Part shown: positions 9,001 to 15,896 of the stretch, in pieces
Layout of the letters: every line of letters begins with the position of its first letter
Numbering within the stretch: the stretch's first letter is position 1
Assembly (NCBI GenBank): GCA_009859145.1
Contig: VRVR01000036.1
Span: 29,383 to 93,382 of the forward strand
Direction of reading: 5' to 3'
DNA: 64,000 nucleotides
Source: Andalucia godoyi And28
Lineage: Eukaryota > Protista > Jakobida
The notes under the pieces: model-generated
The model's input: the letters and a program-made list of their open reading frames with translations, nothing else
The model's database searches: none
What the model was told of the DNA's origin: nothing
Position numbers and translations under genes: made by a program

Positions 9001-10910
9001 CCAGAAATCAATAATGAGCATATCTCTCCAAGACTGTGTCCAAGGGCGAATTTTGGAGAAACTCCGCAACATTTCAGCAAATGGCACAGAGAATACTGTG
9101 TCGCGAATATGCACAAAGGAACGAGGGATGGATGGTCCATGCTCGCGATCGAAAACTCCGCGTCATCGTTGAGGTAACCATTGAAATGCGCACAAGGTTT
9201 GGGTACACCTAACAGACGCCCAGCGATGCTGTCAACTTTGTCGAATGCATCCGCAAAGACTGGCGAGCAAGCATACAGGTTCTTCATATTGTCCTTTTGC
9301 AGAAATGACCCCTGTCCAGGGAATAAGAACACGACACTGACCGAAGAATCAGCGTTCTCACAATCTGCATCAGATTCGACTTGCAAGTTCGCCGCTATGC
9401 GCTTTCCGTCTCTCGAAAACACTGCAGGAATTAGGTTGTTGTTTGCATCAAACGCCCCGCGACCGCAGATTTGCAGCGGACATGCAAGATCGACGGCTGC
9501 GCAATGATCTACGGATCGCGAAACATCTTGCAACTGGATCTGTGAGGCACTCGTGTTGACGAAAACACTTTCGGTTTCTCGTGAAACATTCAGAATCATA
9601 TGGTCTGACCGCAACACGGCAGGATATCGCCAGGGTGCAGAATGTGCATCCTGAACACTGGATAACACAACATGCACAATTTCACCTGCAAAACCAGTTG
9701 CATGGACAGCAGCAAAGTATTGTGAACGTTGGGATGGCTCAAATCCTCGATCGCATAGCTGCAAGCAGGATTTCAGATTTGCATTCCGTAGCCTGTCGTC
9801 CAAGGTCGAGCAACCAGCATCAGGGGGAATAAAATTGCGCAAAACACACAAACACACTTTCAAAACGGACAGAAGTCCGGATGATGCTTCAGTATGCCCA
9901 AGAAGCGTCTTGCTTCGTCCAACCAGTAAAGGAGAATGATTGGAACGAGCGCCATATGTCGCACATAAAGCGGTCCACTCTGCCTCATCGCCGTCAGTGG
10001 ATCCAACTCCGTGAGACTCGATCAGGACGAAATCGTTGAAAGAACGCAAAAGAGGGTGGTTGCACGTTTTCTGGATCAAGCTTTTTTGTGAAGCGGCACT
10101 TGGAGACGCGAATGGTCTGCCAGGCCGTCCAGAATGCGCAGTTTTCCCTTCAACAAGATAACAGAGCGGAGGAAAAGAGCGCAGCGCTAGGTGCTGACCG
10201 GCCTGCAGATCCTGTGCGTTGGCAACAGATCCAATCAGCAAAGTTACAATCCCGTCGGATCGCACGTATCCGTTTCGCGATGCACAAAATGGGGCGCATT
10301 CACCGCTCGTGGAGAGCAGACCGCAGCTCGACAAAACCTCGCTCATTGCCTCTGATAGCAAATTGAATCCCGAAACAAACGCAAATCTGCAAATTCCGCG
10401 ACGAATGTCCTCCATGGCCTGGACGAGCGCAATAAGACCAGAAGCGCACGTAGCCTTAACAGTTAAACATGGGCCCTGGAAATCAAAAGTGCTTGAAATC
10501 CTCCCACCAAGACGAGAGTCGGTCGTCACACCCGCGACGTTACCCCCCGCACAATCCATACTTTGCACACTGCGAGGAGTAACGTCGTTGGATCTCTCGT
10601 CAAAAACCCCGACGTACACTCCAACATCCGCGGATCCCACTAGGTCACACAAAGACATGCCTGCATAATCTATCGCTTTCAAGACCGTGTCGAGCAAAGC
10701 TTTCTCTGCAAAAGGAACAGCGTCTCTTCCTTGTGAACAGCCAATCCCTGGAAACACCTTATCACACAAAAACTGAGAAGGAAAATCGATCAGCGGCGAG
10801 GTTGGTCTTTGTCTTGTGCCGGTGAGAAGCTGCCAAAACGAACTCTCATCGGCGACGGAACCTGGAAGCACCAAGCCAAAACCGAGGACGCCTATGGAAG
10901 TATTCTGCAT
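1..10910 (-). CDS. Hybrid type I PKS-NRPS megasynthase, KS-AT-C-A-PCP-KS-(degenerate AT)-KR-ACP-TE; >=3636 aa, intronless, 3' end beyond the left edge of the window
   Basis: Manual translation of the minus frame from ATG 10910 (first ATG after an upstream in-frame TGA) finds no stop down to position 1. KS1: MQNTSIGVLGFGLVLPG, GPCLTVKATCASG (Cys 10448), IESHGVGS, KTLLGHTEASSG. AT1: VFLFPGQGS, GHSLGE (9041), PAFHS. C: AYNFF, CHHLIADA (7736), LIGTCVQLMPL. A: LSYFQF, AYVLFTSGSTGQPKG, NVYGPTEAT, GELCVSG, YKTGD, VKISGFRV, PHYMIP. PCP: FFDAGGSS (Ser 5003). KS2: IAIVG, LDPQ, IQTACSSS (Cys 4280), ECHGTGT, GSVKSLIGH, SSFGMGGTN. KR: LLVGCTGRLG, SSMSAVLGGVGFCPY. ACP: FFRSGGDS (Ser 980). TE: PLFLLHPVGG, GPYHLAGSSFGG (Ser 563), IDTP, EGDH (His 107). 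Confidence 0.95.
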   Translation of the reverse strand, partial: MQNTSIGVLGFGLVLPGSVADESSFWQLLTGTRQRPTSPLIDFPSQFLCDKVFPGIGCSQGRDAVPFAEKALLDTVLKAIDYAGMSLCDLVGSADVGVYVGVFDERSNDVTPRSVQSMDCAGGNVAGVTTDSRLGGRISSTFDFQGPCLTVKATCASGLIALVQAMEDIRRGICRFAFVSGFNLLSEAMSEVLSSCGLLSTSGECAPFCASRNGYVRSDGIVTLLIGSVANAQDLQAGQHLALRSFPPLCYLVEGKTAHSGRPGRPFASPSAASQKSLIQKTCNHPLLRSFNDFVLIESHGVGSTDGDEAEWTALCATYGARSNHSPLLVGRSKTLLGHTEASSGLLSVLKVCLCVLRNFIPPDAGCSTLDDRLRNANLKSCLQLCDRGFEPSQRSQYFAAVHATGFAGEIVHVVLSSVQDAHSAPWRYPAVLRSDHMILNVSRETESVFVNTSASQIQLQDVSRSVDHCAAVDLACPLQICGRGAFDANNNLIPAVFSRDGKRIAANLQVESDADCENADSSVSVVFLFPGQGSFLQKDNMKNLYACSPVFADAFDKVDSIAGRLLGVPKPCAHFNGYLNDDAEFSIASMDHPSLVPLCIFATQYSLCHLLKCCGVSPKFALGHSLGEICSLLISGFLSLDTAVCIVFHRSVLAMHCLRDVETSMMACFCSADVFEKACETSPLRKHVDICGKNSPCQTVVCGAREDVQALLTFLTGEIGVACCILPQLPAFHSRFLDSAHADFQHIIEEIVVPETRFGPTASCTCTMISSVTGDLLHGPLEAAYLWRNFREIVDFNAAMQRLSFVPHSLLCIELGSSSTLSKFAREWLPSAEFVGAFGSANEFVMKLCSVLRRVRTRFCHPMTFLFSDQVLSMRPALYDASLSDSRKKDVSLSSLNIDPGNGMRLHAAQNSACAFPPSSFQLPILLDCEEFPYSTAYNFFKMATVAPSTSRELVLQSLLYVSSRADAVRCIFEKDAERFVAHVLDQERFAVLAERCVMEYVRFTSSDQSQSDILSAFVRKPFETLSRPLIRIALLRLHPPVSDVSAETTLLLVCCCHHLIADARGLSSLVQMMVHYISRYPGSPPSTADPPSYFAWARTARAIEGITILPEGISKCTTVRGRFSDDVGESAQCTVDASESVLLRQFSTDLRVTFATFLFSAWAFMIGEMFSLDEVVLSVPVDFRSRDRPCSSLIGTCVQLMPLTVSMVVDGKPVDFDKMFVMNVSESLRTIVTACRASAAAAGSALVTSRASAPSGVHRSVSIANYITEDDRIPSAENVPSYPVQASLWPMQLVCTYTHGKVILEVKFIPDDVNDSDLVQFLRSLPVRFRHFLSRVVNLGFSRAVPFSFLLDDEVRFYEYFASKKSSETEFRGAPAIVKHILDLSCAGCQWRSKFAVCNSDGTFCLSYFQFASLAMEVANLILAESATLDVSQNTPICIFLPRSAFCVVCMFACWLAGFPYSILDSGMPISRLQNLLELLQPQVCLSLVSVDCCRDSAAFSKLRKLILLDRFLQHGHLQNGSFIDSTEILNALTDPRRAHSHIAYVLFTSGSTGQPKGPVVLHAGLLNLMKFCLKRFEMSSNTRCLSLSPFTHDMSIVEIWGTLFAGGTVVVSLPHQNQDPFVVVDLLQTWKANFIQATPTLLRVILDAKWRGDSSATVVAGGEALQTDLASRLINAFGKVFNVYGPTEATDYSACLGPLQDEDVLEASGLRSCLGIGTPIDNALLFCASRCCNILPHGIPGELCVSGILVGAGYWRDAALTADKFVQLSGIGVVYKTGDICRFMYGKYYWISRRDGLVKISGFRVSLEEVENELMKHEHIKFAAAFCEQRGHNTMLFAVVSLQNNARDSFDVHEFRTSLRKRVPHYMIPSQIRVVDSFPVSEHKKLDRKQLGRLFEKNPSSDSHHSFQRVSVSPEAGRFPEIPSFPGLSTTSRLQAILQVITECWRSLLPMDVHAPSVGFFDAGGSSILLARLLILYRDRFPEAKVSRTDLLQFPTIETQHAMICDRLRCHPAYPPADSASNGRELLLSCRQVEAKPVFLNTNANASAIAIVGFWGELPGCGTTDDLIDRYRSCDPCISRCQGKAQDGELVCSGGNLEFSFDRGFLQLSSDDVSLLDPQLKILIHSVWMALQNASIDPFRVSKASHLKIGIFIGVTGSSSETDSVNLAHVDVTKEYHRFTCSGSTFFATRIAHFFDFHGPALTIQTACSSSLVATHYARLSILNGDCDIAVAGGVYYNPSRTGGYRYREGSIFSPDGTCRPFSHTACGTVPSEGCGVVILQREDLCSALNTCAVATILNSVVNNDGAEKVSFAAPSVKSQIDLLRSAYQIGTVDSELFDNVSFIECHGTGTALGDEMELKALSEVFGARNRKLVLGSVKSLIGHTDAAAGVCGLISTLVCMQHQVLPSCVHFEGFRNPSYAAVLSMHSTMQSWHPPKSGARVAGVSSFGMGGTNCHVVIKQSTHNAVIESDCQVCAPTVSPAGCQVQDSRVFPLLVSHMDLQRLREYLVEVQAYMYEERKQHSSIDWDWLKSVCCSSMHYPCLPIRGSLVVRVTAEGELVCSEPVVCRETSAPPSVHFVLFVRGSAWNVFVEHCTFAVTSFRNQGALLDDSSKLIGLMIRFLRNIVFVFDDPSIMQHWRITAEKCGTTAQLVLLSEQHHQNVSTVSSAMELPSEPCTLDSFIRLLSSAWVGGAQVEWSHFLNDYLGFGAFKPTSTKMPIRRMVFHGCSRRADDVDPSLCLYSVHYPEHAVTGDGRRRAMFRLTVVFTDMDCLSERLEQAGQQHMPGGVVVCSPTGLCKEAIFPLSSPWILPPEKGANLVTYVSTAACSSKVEIVFSLSFENQSRADFKDVACVCDVLKDVLLRCKWDVTIYACFGRGVFGDSRHLSHDAGFSDDSRWREFAVSCFFRCACQELGHPWCVVHSMEASFAQSLLLPPFPEALFSEAAPQACREMLFAGSALRYRVLSRLSQLPASSLRLTASPPKVTLPVVDTASSITNNNQSSNEDWLLVGCTGRLGSFVIEACTAAATCVSTLFITTRSPFPHASQWLCLSSDTMLPVWRRRLFRVLCETVAKGFIVNVVTLDMKNAEEIRGLLSQLPSQSPVTLLYFSGLVSRIPVREVSIDDTQQSIQSRVPCLGSLVRHFAFEKVVVASSMSAVLGGVGFCPYSVGTAAVASSVTGRDSVVCFIGGVETDRDLNGGTSSVHGTHQMLRGTEFVHALAYVIVHYNDVPRHVIISANMRPEDSLASENVAWNNVQSKCSTVVANASERESVDISLSSITSRILGIFKKYTTTAVDDSADFFRSGGDSFRALQILEEVRQSYGVRLPISAIVQNSTARKLAVKVLSGLYFVSPVHTLEPKSLIVMQLGTNQELSPLFLLHPVGGTTAFYVPLVSALGPERTVVSFESFGLAGTSAKFDVCVRGMCERYLKEASDAGYSGPYHLAGSSFGGMLCFEMACMIGAQSVSSLIMIDTPGGHQMPDRITNDVEVLSYLWGEATGIGEERLQSMSKEERKAAILRAGQSRGEFPLNVSSEIFGKYIDCFVSNVDAMFSYIPQNYGGRGTFIFAKVRRSMDALRPFEAWTPYFENGLEVIEVEGDHISMNKHPFVEIVAGVIRSRLEDARIVFSDFSESP

Positions 10911-11265
10911 GAAATCGTGGTGCCGAGCGAAAGCATACCGTGAAATTATGTTTTTAAAAAAAGTGCAAAAACAGTGGACTTGCGCTTCTCAAACTGAGCA
11001 CAAAAAAAAAAAAAACTGCGTTTCAACGAAGATGATGCAGCACCCCTACCACCATCCAAGTGCTTATTCCTTTTTTTTTTTTTTTTTGTTGAAACCAATG
11101 CTTGTCTAAACTCCAAAGAGACGTGCAAAGACAAAGTCGCCCGTATTATTTTGCTGATACAACGGGGGGGAAACGCCTGCTAATACACGATGAGAAATGA
11201 TCAAAGATGATTGTGGGTTTGTGGTTGCACGTCTTCATTATACACTGACCATGCATTTCTGGGAA

Positions 11266-11327
11266 GAGACATGCATATTCAGTCTTGCATCCCGTTGCCG
11301 GGAAGGGGATAGGCCCCAACACGTCTC
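11266..11327 (-). ncRNA. Candidate omega-RNA-like structured element directly 3' of the Fanzor relic
   Basis: GAGACGTG (11327-11320) pairs with CATGTCTC (11273-11266), 8 bp with one G-U. This stem encloses GGGG-CCTAT-CCCC and a TCCCG-GCAA-CGGGA GNRA hairpin, and starts about 10 nt after the NGARNII stop. Expression is not shown. Confidence 0.4.
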
Positions 11328-11337
11328 ACGGCGTTCT

Positions 11338-11530
11338 TCAGATAATGTTCCGCGCTCCGTTCTCAATCTCGATCAATCTGTGAGCCACTTTCTCGGCGTG
11401 ACACGTTGTTCCTGAGAAGGGTGCATTTTTTGATTCTGACGGCCCTAGCAGCAGGCGCTTTCGTGTCCTCAGTTGCAGCGATTGATGCAACTGGAGATGC
11501 GAGAGGAAGAGGCGGTAGGCGTAGTGACAC
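11338..11530 (-). pseudogene. Fanzor/TnpB-family relic (3' part, frameshifted)
   Basis: Minus strand reads HYAYRLFLSH ... SESK; then RRESGSQIDRD (each Cys of CxxCG is one substitution away) and, after a 1-nt frameshift, NGARNII*. This matches the HYxFRxxL...SKTC...CxxCGxxxDRDxNGARNI layout of the Fanzor RuvC/zinc-finger C-terminus. Confidence 0.7.
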
Positions 11531-12169
11531 GTGGTCTCTTAGGAGGTCTGCGGGACCTAGGAGGCCCTGTATCGAGCGGCGTAGGCGTAGGCGTAGGCGA
11601 ATGCGTCATCCCAGCGCACTCACGCCCATATTTGAATTAAAAAGTGAAACCAACGAATGATAGAATAGATGGCTACGGATGCTGCGTTAAAGAGTGTCGA
11701 AAAACTGCGGAGCCTGTGTCACCAGCTGAATTCTGGCCGAGCGTGCGTAAGCACGAATTCCCTGTGAAGCAAACGTGCTCGTGTCGGCCGGTATCGACCG
11801 TGTCTGTTCATGGATACTTCCGAATGCATGACAATTTCGTGTCATTATTCGACGGCCGGCTCGGAAGGAGGAAAAGAAAAAAGGAAGGGAAGGTCTTTTT
11901 CCAGTTTTCTTGCCTCCGCTGGTCTACATCATTCCCATTCTGCTTTTCTTGGATGACAATTTCTTTCCGCCTCCACGGCCCTTGAAAAAAGTCGAGATCA
12001 CAAGACTTCCTCCCCCACAACACAACACAACACACACACGCACACACACCCTCTCTTCCCACGCATCTCTTACTCAAAAAACAATACTTGTTTCTGCCTC
12101 GGCTGTGATGATCACTTGGGGAAAAGACTCATCGAGAAGAGAAACTGTTCTTTTGTTTTCAAATACGAA

Positions 12170-13276
12170 ATGCATTCCTCCGCAGAAAACGGATTGGCGG
12201 GCATGCATTCTCCAAACCATTCTCTGTCATGGATATTTGCGTCCATTATTTCGTGTGTGCTATTCGGTGGTGGATCCGTTATCCTAGCGTTTGCGAGTTC
12301 TTCAACCACCACATTCATGTCTGCTCTGTCTGCAGCTATGGTTCTCTTCTTTACGTACCTCATTTGTGGAATATTTGGTGTTCTTTTGCATGCGGTGCTT
12401 GGCTTTCCTTCCACATCATCCACCGGGCATTCAAAATTCGATCGTCTCTTTTGGAATAGACTGCACTTATCCGAGAGAACTGCATTCAAAGTACTTGTAT
12501 GCTGCCTGTCTGCTGTCTGCAATGCAGGAGCAATCGTCTGTATAAATTCGGCGTTCTTCATTGATATTACGTGGGCAGGTGTGGTCGTGTCGCTTTCTGC
12601 ACTCTCGTCCGTGTTTGTAGCCGTCGTCTCGTATTGTTTGTTTCGTGAAAAGATGCCCGTGTTTGCAGTTTCTGCGGTGGTTTTGTTGGTTGTCGGCGTC
12701 ATATTAATTGGACTTTCCAGTGGCTCCAGTTCGTCGTCGTCCGCAGTGGCTCTTGGGTTTTCTGCAGCATTGCTGTTCGGGGTTGCTCAGTTGTGCCAGA
12801 AGGCATGCTCTGCATTTTGGAGCATGCCACCTATCCCGGTGACTCTTCTGTTTTTGGTGTGCAATGTGCTGCCGTTCGCTGCCCTCCTGATTTTTGAGCT
12901 GTCTCTTCGGAATTTTATGGAAGGAATAGACTGGTTCAACGGACTGTTGGTTGCATCCGCCGGTGTGATCAATTGTGTTGGCTTTGTCCTGATGATTTTC
13001 GCTGTCACTGTGGGCCAAGCAGGCGTTGCTGTTTCTATTCCGAATTGCCAAGGGGGACTTGTTCTTGCGTTTTTTGCAGCTTACAGCGGAACCGTCCCTC
13101 CCACAATGGCCATCGCAGGTAGTTGTGTTCTGGTGTTTGCCGTATGTTTTTTGATAGTGATGCAGCACTGGACTTCCAGAAAAAACTTAACCACAACCCC
13201 GCTCGCTGCAGACGACACACATGATAGTCGATCCGTGAACACAGCGTCATTGATTCTCGTAAAGTCAGCGACGTGA
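12170..13276 (+). CDS. EamA/DMT-superfamily transporter (~368 aa)
   Basis: About 10 hydrophobic helices in two repeats, with the DMT-type motif SYCLFREKMPVFAVSAVVLLVVGVILI. ATG 12170 preferred over the TTG start in the track. Confidence 0.8.
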   Translation: MHSSAENGLAGMHSPNHSLSWIFASIISCVLFGGGSVILAFASSSTTTFMSALSAAMVLFFTYLICGIFGVLLHAVLGFPSTSSTGHSKFDRLFWNRLHLSERTAFKVLVCCLSAVCNAGAIVCINSAFFIDITWAGVVVSLSALSSVFVAVVSYCLFREKMPVFAVSAVVLLVVGVILIGLSSGSSSSSSAVALGFSAALLFGVAQLCQKACSAFWSMPPIPVTLLFLVCNVLPFAALLIFELSLRNFMEGIDWFNGLLVASAGVINCVGFVLMIFAVTVGQAGVAVSIPNCQGGLVLAFFAAYSGTVPPTMAIAGSCVLVFAVCFLIVMQHWTSRKNLTTTPLAADDTHDSRSVNTASLILVKSAT

Positions 13277-13504
13277 TTAGTCAGCTTCGAAAATACTTTA
13301 CCAGTATACACAATACCAATAGAACGTGTGTGTTCATCACCATGAGTAAATTGATGGATCGTCCAAGTATGGTACTGGGAAAAAAGCGAGCATACGATGT
13401 ATCAACAATTCAGATTGCGTTCCAGCGTTGGATACGGCGGTACAAAGCTACACAGAGATAGCGCCCGCCCCCTCCCTCTCCGAAAAATTACTAAAATGCA
13501 CAGA

Positions 13505-14758
13505 TTAAATCAACAATTCCGTCAGCAACCGGGCAATGATGAGTGTCAACAAGCTGTATGACAGTTTCAGCATCATCCCTCGTTCGACATCAAGATTCAG
13601 CAACGTGAAACCCGGATGCGGAATCAAGCTCAGGTGTGCAACGAATGACGCAACCCGTTCGGGGGAAACGTCCTTTCTGTACCTGCGTTCCTGCAACATA
13701 CTGAGAAACGTGACAAGTCGAAAGTACTCCATACGAATCACAGAGGCGTGCCACAAAGCGAACCCCACAGAAAGCACATCCGCGCATGCAATCAGCACTG
13801 GCCAGTACACGGAGTTTTCATTGAAGGAGACAACGATGAAGAATGACAAGACGATCCCAGGAGCCGACAGCAGCAGCATGGAAATCCAATATGGAGTGAA
13901 TCTCCTGGACACAGCCGCCGTCTCCTCCACAATGGCCATGACTTCGTCAAGGATCTTGTCCAGATCTGGCCTTTCCATGGAAACAACATTTCGCAACGTG
14001 ACGTGACGCAACGCCAGCACACGAGAAACGAAAGCACAGACTGTCGCAGAGAACGTCATGTACGCCACGTTGTACAGGATGATGAAGGCACTGCAAAACA
14101 TGAACAAGACAGCATATGTGCGAGATTCATATCCGATCCAAGGAGTCTCAGAAACAAACACGCTGACGCAAATAAGGATCCACGATCCTAAAAAGAAAGT
14201 GCAAAGTTGATTTGCAAGTTGTCGAGCTTCCGAGCGAGAGCCAAGAGACAGAGAGAGCACACGTTCAATGCTCCCTGTGGAGAAGTACCAGTTAAGATAG
14301 ATGGCGGAGACCACAGGTCGTAAATTGAAGAACATGACCAGAAGCCGGGTCCTCCAGTCATAGTCATGAGGGCTCTCATGAGAGCCCAGCACTATCTTGG
14401 CATCTCCAATCTCCACAAACACCGTAACAATGTCAAGAATTAGCGTGATGGAGACGAACAGCAGCGCAAGCACTGCAATGCAAATCTTGCAAACAGTGCG
14501 ACGTCCAACGCACAGTCCCATGGCTTTTGCAACAAGTCGAATTGGCCGCCACATCTGTTCAGTTTGTTGAAACGCAACTCGATTGCTGCCGTCCGCTCCA
14601 CGAGAGGAGGATGCAAAGTTGACCAGTGGAAGCGCTTCCTCTCGTGAAAGAAGATTCGTCCACAACGTACTGGCGCTTTCATCATACGGCGAGGGTGACG
14701 GAGATCGGAACGCAGAATCTGCCTCCCTGTTTTGATCATTCCGATCTCGCACGTTCAT
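13505..14758 (-). CDS. 7TM gustatory-receptor-like (GRL/7TMIC, DUF3537-like) membrane protein, 417 aa
   Basis: Seven hydrophobic segments, a long helical TM4-TM5 loop, and C-terminal PGFTLLNLDVERGMMLKLSYSLLTLIIARL resembling the split TM7a/7b of insect GR and plant DUF3537 proteins. Confidence 0.62.
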   Translation of the reverse strand: MNVRDRNDQNREADSAFRSPSPSPYDESASTLWTNLLSREEALPLVNFASSSRGADGSNRVAFQQTEQMWRPIRLVAKAMGLCVGRRTVCKICIAVLALLFVSITLILDIVTVFVEIGDAKIVLGSHESPHDYDWRTRLLVMFFNLRPVVSAIYLNWYFSTGSIERVLSLSLGSRSEARQLANQLCTFFLGSWILICVSVFVSETPWIGYESRTYAVLFMFCSAFIILYNVAYMTFSATVCAFVSRVLALRHVTLRNVVSMERPDLDKILDEVMAIVEETAAVSRRFTPYWISMLLLSAPGIVLSFFIVVSFNENSVYWPVLIACADVLSVGFALWHASVIRMEYFRLVTFLSMLQERRYRKDVSPERVASFVAHLSLIPHPGFTLLNLDVERGMMLKLSYSLLTLIIARLLTELLI

Positions 14759-15049
14759 TTTCTAATTCTTTTTTATCAACGAAAACAAATTATTAAAAAA
14801 ATTATGTTTCACGACAAGCATCGAAAAGAAGCTTTTTCAACTGGTCTTTGCATCGTTTTTTGGCAAAATGCTTGAAACCTCTAACGTAGGTGGGGCGGGG
14901 GCGGGGGGTTCAATCCGGCTAGAACTAAATAAAAACATCTTTCCCCTCTTCCGTGATTTTACGTTTTATTTGTTCCTATTTCGTTTTGATTTGGCTGTTG
15001 TCGTCGTCCATAACTCGGATTTTTTTGTTGCGAGTCGGTCACTCTTGGA

Positions 15050-15520
15050 AGCACGTTCGAAAACTGCACGAACAATCTGAAAGAAGTACGGTGTTTCAAG
15101 CCAGGTGCTTTGGAAACGGGTTGCATGCGGAAAGTTACAGTGTATCCGTACTTTCTTCTTTTCGAGCGACTCTACAAATAGCGCCCCAACTTTGGCGAGC
15201 TTTCTGCGCGAACTATGATGCCGCATATTGCTGCAAAGGCTTGAAACGTCCAACATGCTGTGCCGTGGCCAACGTCGCATTCGATGCAAGACTGCACGTC
15301 ATACGCCAGACGCCGACCCGGGGGCCCACTTCCAATTCCGCCCAGATATTTGCTGCACAATGGAAGCGAGTATGGAACTGCTGTTGTCATTGTGACAGAG
15401 GAATACACATCAAAGACATGCCGGGTGCGTGGGAACATTCATCAGAAATTGGGAGGGTGCAAGATGCTTGCGATGTCCAGCATGCCCAGCGGTGATGGAT
15501 CGAACATCATGTTTCGTGTT
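15050..15520 (+). pseudogene. Fanzor/TnpB-family relic (RuvC-II and zinc-finger region, multiple frameshifts)
   Basis: Joined across frames: LASFL/ANYDA/ILLQRLETSNMLCRGQRRIRCKTARH...HFQFR/YLLHNGSEYGTAVVIVTEEYTSKTCRVRGNIHQKLGGCK/LRCPACPAVMDR/NIMFR. The DxNGAR segment is deleted. A second RSKTAR motif lies at about 15056-15073. Confidence 0.85.
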
Positions 15521-15896
15521 TCCTCCCTTTTTTATATTTCTTCTTCCTTTTATTTATCTGAGTCTGCGGGAGTTGGTCGTGCTGCGCTCGTATGGAGCGA
15601 AACTAAACAGCTCGCCGCAGACCATCTACGACAAAAGGTTTGACGTCCCATCGACAGAAGGAGCTCGCGACAGGTACAATCGTTTGCTTGCATCGGAACC
15701 AGCTGAACACGTCAAATTTAAGATCGCGGACAAAAAAGCAGGAGAGCCTCATGGCCCGCTCCTCCTTCTCCCGCACACAGCAAAAACGGGAGTGAGATAC
15801 ATGCCCGCGAAAAGTTGCGGAGTTGCTTCATGAATATCAGAGCACTCCAGCCTCGTCGTTGTGAAATATTGGGTTACCAAACAGTTCTGTGCAAGC

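Noticed and set aside
95-10668. Dozens of short ORFs listed in the track over 0.1-10.7 kb
   Set aside because: They are antisense or alternative-frame shadows of the PKS-NRPS.
11406-11660. 84-aa ORF with a signal-peptide-like start
   Set aside because: It has no ATG and is antisense to the Fanzor relic; the Arg run derives from (TAGGCG)n.
14907-14916. GGTTCAATCC B-box/T-loop-like motif (also GGTTCGAATC near 37304)
   Set aside because: The flanks do not form a T-arm or cloverleaf; no tRNA is supported.
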